Source: Nitrosopumilus sp. (lineage in GTDB: Archaea; Thermoproteota; Nitrososphaeria; Nitrososphaerales; Nitrosopumilaceae). Taken from it: a stretch of 64,000 nt of DNA. The position numbers and the translations under genes are program-made. Below the pieces are notes generated by a model, which searched no databases, had not been told where the DNA came from, and saw only the letters and a program-made list of their open reading frames with translations. The stretch's first letter is position 1. The number at the start of each line of letters is the position of its first letter. This document shows, one piece after another, positions 60,084 to 64,000 of this stretch. The stretch spans positions 1,696,001 through 1,760,000 of the forward strand of contig OZ242186.1 of the NCBI GenBank assembly GCA_965205675.1, in the 5' to 3' direction.

Positions 60084-60084
60084 T

Positions 60085-60516
60085 TTATTCACCAAACATT
60101 ACCGCTAAACCATACATCATTGCAACTGCAGCAAGAACTATTGCAGAATAAATTCCTATTTTGTGTCTGTAATTTTGTGATGCTGGATCATATGGATAAT
60201 CAGGTCTTGCAGGTTTTCCTACACCAACTCCTCCATGTCCCAACATTACTCTAACTCCATTTACAGTGTGAAATACACACATAGCAATTACAATAGACAG
60301 AATGATATGTCCTTCAGTACCAGATATGATTTCCATGAAATCATCCCAACCGACTTGACCACGTAGAATATTACTCGTCTCATAAATATGACCAACAAAA
60401 TATGCCAATAATCCCAATCCACTTAATCGCATTAACAAATATGCTATGCGCTCAATTCCATATCGACGAGGATTAATCATTCCTCCAATACCTTCTTTGT
60501 GTTCATCACGGGGCAT
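60085..60516 (-). CDS. sdhC: Succinate dehydrogenase cytochrome b subunit
   Basis: RLSG, HTVNGVR; three TMs. Confidence 0.88.
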   Translation of the reverse strand: MPRDEHKEGIGGMINPRRYGIERIAYLLMRLSGLGLLAYFVGHIYETSNILRGQVGWDDFMEIISGTEGHIILSIVIAMCVFHTVNGVRVMLGHGGVGVGKPARPDYPYDPASQNYRHKIGIYSAIVLAAVAMMYGLAVMFGE

Positions 60517-62229
60517 CTAGTATTTCCTCTCCACTGGCTGATACTTGGTAATTGTGACGGGGTGTGTTTTCATAATCGGTTCATTTGGATCATAGTAAGC
60601 AAGAGTATGATGTAAAAAGTTAGCATCATCACGTTTTGGATAATCAATCCTTGCATGTGCACCACGAGATTCTTTTCTGTTAATTGCACCAAGTAAGATA
60701 ATTTCTGCTATTCTGAACATAGAATCAAGTTCCATAACATTGGCAAAATTGGTGTTGTATTCTTTTGCTTTATCATCGACATGTTTCCAAGTTTGCGTTT
60801 TTAGATTTCTGATTATTTTAAGACCTTCAATCAAATTAGTTTCATTTTTGTAAACATATGCTTTATCATTCATTGTATCAGTAAGCTGTTGCCTAATTTC
60901 ATATGGATTAACATCTCCATTTCCTCTAAAAATCCCATCATAGATTCTTTTTTCTTCAGCTGCCACTAAATGATGTGGCCAAGGATTATCTTGTAAATTA
61001 TTTTGGATATAATCAATTGCCAATTCCCCAGTAATTTTACCCCAAACAATACATTCAGAGGTAGAATTTGCACCTAGGCGATTAGAGCCATGAACGCTGT
61101 TACATGCAGCCTCACCTGCAGCCCAAACTCCTTGAATTTCAGTTGCACCGTCAATATCAGTATGAAGTCCACCCATCATATAATGACAGACAGGTCTGAT
61201 GTCCAGTAAATCCTTAGCAGGATCTTGACCTGAAAATTTAATGGATATCTCTCTAATACCACCTAATTTTTCTTTGATTTTTTCATCACCAAGATGTCGT
61301 AAATCGAGTTTCATACAATCTACACCAGTTTCATGTTTGAAACCACGACCTTCTTGAATTTCTGTCATAATTGATCTGGATACAATATCTCGTGGTGCTA
61401 ATTCCATTTTACCAGCTGCATATGTTTTCATAAATCGTTCACCTTTATTGTTAAGAAGATAACCACCTTCTCCTCTTGCACCTTCTGTGATTAGGATTCC
61501 AGAAGGTAAAATTCCAGTTGGATGAAATTGAACAAATTCCATATCTTTAAGAGCCATACCAGCACGTAATCCCATATCCAAACCATCAGGAGTTGAAGAA
61601 AGAGCATATGTTGAAAAGCTGTATAATCTTCCAGCTCCACCAGTTGCAATGATGAGAGCTTTTCCTTTAATTGTGTAAAATGTGCCAGAACCTAATTCAA
61701 TTGCAGTAACTCCCATGAATCGTTTTCCATCATGTATAATTGATGTTACAAACCATTCGTTAAGATATTCAATATTTTCAAATTTTTGACATGTATCATA
61801 CAATGTTTGCATTTCAAAGAAACCAACTTTGTCTGATGCATATGTTGCTCTAGGAAAACTGTAACCTCCAAAGTTGCGTTGATCAATTCTACCATCATTT
61901 CGTCTTGACCAGGGCATTCCCCAATGATCTAATTGATAAATTTCTTGTGGCATTTCAACACAGAGTCTTTCAGCAACATCTTGATCTGCAAGAAAATCAC
62001 TACCTTTGACAGTATCATAAACATGGGATTCAATGGTATCACCTTCATCTTCAAAAAGAACAGCAGCAGTTCCACCTTCTGCAGAAACAGAATGAGAACG
62101 CATCACTTGTACTTTGGAGACAATTCCAATTTTAAGATGAGGTCCTTTTTTGGCAGCAGCAATTGCAGCTCGCAATCCTGCTAACCCAGAACCACAAATA
62201 ATCAAGTCAAATTCTATGGAATCTACCAT
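60517..62229 (-). CDS. sdhA: Succinate dehydrogenase flavoprotein
   Basis: GSGLAG, RSHSVSAEGG, QFHPT, HYMMGG, HGSNRLG, ESRGAH. Confidence 0.97.
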   Translation of the reverse strand: MVDSIEFDLIICGSGLAGLRAAIAAAKKGPHLKIGIVSKVQVMRSHSVSAEGGTAAVLFEDEGDTIESHVYDTVKGSDFLADQDVAERLCVEMPQEIYQLDHWGMPWSRRNDGRIDQRNFGGYSFPRATYASDKVGFFEMQTLYDTCQKFENIEYLNEWFVTSIIHDGKRFMGVTAIELGSGTFYTIKGKALIIATGGAGRLYSFSTYALSSTPDGLDMGLRAGMALKDMEFVQFHPTGILPSGILITEGARGEGGYLLNNKGERFMKTYAAGKMELAPRDIVSRSIMTEIQEGRGFKHETGVDCMKLDLRHLGDEKIKEKLGGIREISIKFSGQDPAKDLLDIRPVCHYMMGGLHTDIDGATEIQGVWAAGEAACNSVHGSNRLGANSTSECIVWGKITGELAIDYIQNNLQDNPWPHHLVAAEEKRIYDGIFRGNGDVNPYEIRQQLTDTMNDKAYVYKNETNLIEGLKIIRNLKTQTWKHVDDKAKEYNTNFANVMELDSMFRIAEIILLGAINRKESRGAHARIDYPKRDDANFLHHTLAYYDPNEPIMKTHPVTITKYQPVERKY

Positions 62230-62289
62230 TTTCAGTCAAACTTGCTTTGGGCGAGATAAATATGTAGTAATTGTAGGCGTGATCCAAAA

Positions 62290-62324
62290 TATTAAAATAT
62301 ATCACTAGTGATATCACTAGTGAT
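62290..62324 (+). promoter_or_regulatory. TATA box followed by a tandem palindromic operator (ATCACTAGTGAT x2) upstream of padR
   Basis: TATTAAAA at 62290-62297; perfect 12-bp palindromes at 62301-62312 and 62313-62324. Confidence 0.65.
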
Positions 62325-62832
62325 GATTTCTGAATGGTTTCAGAGAGTAGGAAGTTCAATTCCTAGAGGATTTTCAAGATATTTTATTTTGGAATTATTG
62401 AAGAAAACTCCGCACACAGGAAAAGAGATCATAGACTATGCAGTAGAGCAAAGTAATGGGATTTGGAGACCATCACCGGGATTAATTTATCCGTTACTAG
62501 GTAGACTATTGGATGAGGGACTAATTGAGGAGACTAAAGATGGAAAGTATCAATTAACAAAGAAAGGAAAAAACACCGCAGAGGATGTAGATAAAGTAAA
62601 TGATATTGTCAAAAAACAACTAGAAGTTTTGTTCAGATTAGGTAATGTGGGAAGATTTGTTGCAACAGATCTATTAGAGAAGATTTCTTCGATGGGATCT
62701 ATTCTTAGTTCTAATTTTACCAATATGACTGAAGAAGAAACCAGCAAGTATAAGCAATTCCTAGAATCAGAATTGAAAAAAATTGAAGAGAAAGAAGTAA
62801 AGAAAAAAGGTAAATCGATTAAGATCGATTAA
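62323..62832 (+). CDS. PadR-family transcriptional regulator
   Basis: ILELL...HTGKEI, PSPGLIYPLL..L..EGLI, YQLT.KG. Confidence 0.92.
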   Translation: MISEWFQRVGSSIPRGFSRYFILELLKKTPHTGKEIIDYAVEQSNGIWRPSPGLIYPLLGRLLDEGLIEETKDGKYQLTKKGKNTAEDVDKVNDIVKKQLEVLFRLGNVGRFVATDLLEKISSMGSILSSNFTNMTEEETSKYKQFLESELKKIEEKEVKKKGKSIKID

Positions 62833-62905
62833 CCATAGATGTTCATTAAAAAATTCAGTATCATATAATTAAAATCATAAATAATTCAGGAAAGAAAACA
62901 TCGTT

Positions 62906-63769
62906 ATGAAGAATTTGAAAAGTATGTTAAAATCAAAAAAACCACTTGTTATACCAGGTGTTTATGATGCATTAGGTGCAAAAATTGCTCAAAAAGTAGG
63001 ATTTGATGCGATGTTTCAAACAGGATATGGGACATCTGCGACATTATTTGGAATGCCAGATTATGGATTCATAGGTGCTACTGAAACTGTAGATAATGCC
63101 AGAAGAATTTGTAGAGCAGTATCAATGCCAGTTATTGTTGATGCAGATACAGGATATGGGAATGCATTAAGCGTATGGAAATTGGTAAAGGAGTTAGAAT
63201 CAGCAGGTGCATCAGGTATATTCTTAGAGGATCAAAAATGGCCTAAGCGATGTGGACATATGCAAGGAAAAGACGTAATTTCACAAGAAGAATATACTGA
63301 AAAATTATCAGCAGCAGTGGACGCAAGAGAAAATAAAGATTTCATTATTGTTGCAAGAACAGATGCAAGAGCAACAAAAGGGTTAGATGAGGCAATTCAA
63401 CGTGGAAAACAAAACAAGAAAACAGGTGCAGATGCAGTTTTTGTCGAAGCTCCAAGATCAATAAATGAAATGAAAAAAATAGGAAAAGAGATCAATTCAC
63501 CACTAGTTGCAAATATGATTGAGGGTGGGAAAACTCCACCAAGTTCTGCTGAAACGTTAAGTAAAATGGGATTTAACATAATTCTGTATCCATTATCAGT
63601 TTTGTATGCAAATACATTTGCAACAATGAAGATACTTACGGAATTAAAAGAAAAATGCAATACTGCAAAGTATAAACAAATAGTAAACTTTGATCAATTC
63701 AATGACTTGGTTGAGCTACCAAAATTTAGAAAAATGGAAAAAAGATACGAAAAATTAAAAAGAAAATAA
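62906..63769 (+). CDS. prpB: Isocitrate lyase/PEP mutase family enzyme (2-methylisocitrate lyase-like)
   Basis: DADTGYG, EDQ..PKRCGH, ARTDA, GADAVFVEA. Confidence 0.85.
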   Translation: MKNLKSMLKSKKPLVIPGVYDALGAKIAQKVGFDAMFQTGYGTSATLFGMPDYGFIGATETVDNARRICRAVSMPVIVDADTGYGNALSVWKLVKELESAGASGIFLEDQKWPKRCGHMQGKDVISQEEYTEKLSAAVDARENKDFIIVARTDARATKGLDEAIQRGKQNKKTGADAVFVEAPRSINEMKKIGKEINSPLVANMIEGGKTPPSSAETLSKMGFNIILYPLSVLYANTFATMKILTELKEKCNTAKYKQIVNFDQFNDLVELPKFRKMEKRYEKLKRK

Positions 63770-63794
63770 ATAAAAAATTTCAAGTAAAGTACAG

Positions 63795-64000
63795 TTAATT
63801 TGTATTTCTCTTTACTTCAATTTCTATTGTTGAAACGTTTCTAGTTCTACCGTCTTGTGACTCTAGTGATTCTGAGCCAATTTTAATTTCTCCGATAGAG
63901 TAGCCTGCATTTTCTGTCTTTCTTGCAATAATTTGAGCTACATCTACAGCACGACCTATGCTGAGTCCTCTAGCTTTGATGTTGACGGATGGTAAGTTTG
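63795..64000 (-). CDS. albA: Alba DNA/RNA-binding protein, 3' part only
   Basis: Manual translation IKARGLSIGRAVDVAQI...RNVSTIEI, TAA at 63795-63797. Confidence 0.93.
   Translation of the reverse strand, partial: NLPSVNIKARGLSIGRAVDVAQIIARKTENAGYSIGEIKIGSESLESQDGRTRNVSTIEIEVKRNTN

Noticed and set aside
640-63660. Many short antisense or overlapping ORFs inside core genes
   Set aside because: They are antisense shadows of well-supported CDSs and have no recognisable motifs.

Overview
AT-rich archaeal DNA from a Nitrosopumilus-like ammonia-oxidising archaeon (Nitrososphaerota/Thaumarchaeota). The markers are an unsplit Rpo1, PEFG-CTERM and CFI-box surface proteins, and the acetyl/propionyl-CoA carboxylase of the 3HP/4HB cycle. 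Most of the window is core genes: acc, rfcL, rpoH-B-A, iscS-larE-larC/mdh-larB, rpl30e-nusA-rps12-rps7, leuS, alaS, argH, sdhACDB, alba, tRNA-Asp and an intron-containing tRNA-Gln. These blocks are separated by dead mobile DNA: fragments of IS66, IS630, two IS5 types, IS110, IS481, IS6-like and ISH3-like elements, plus two MITE families. The pattern suggests an IS bloom followed by decay and rearrangement. The best candidate for an undescribed system is an accessory operon at 12.0-14.5 kb. It encodes a 708-aa multi-wHTH / AbiEi-like / AbiEii(DUF6036)-type nucleotidyltransferase fusion, coupled by an ATGA overlap to a frameshifted, IS-truncated P-loop GTPase that the ORF track misses. Other notable signals are a ~130-bp TA-targeting MITE (one copy at the centre of a perfect 44-bp palindrome), nucleotide-identical tails on divergent PEFG-CTERM genes, an apparent IS-bounded inversion splitting the rpo/ribosomal superoperon, a HemA lacking its catalytic Cys, and a 39-bp duplication of the hemA 3' end. 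All family assignments come from motif recognition by eye, without database searches.
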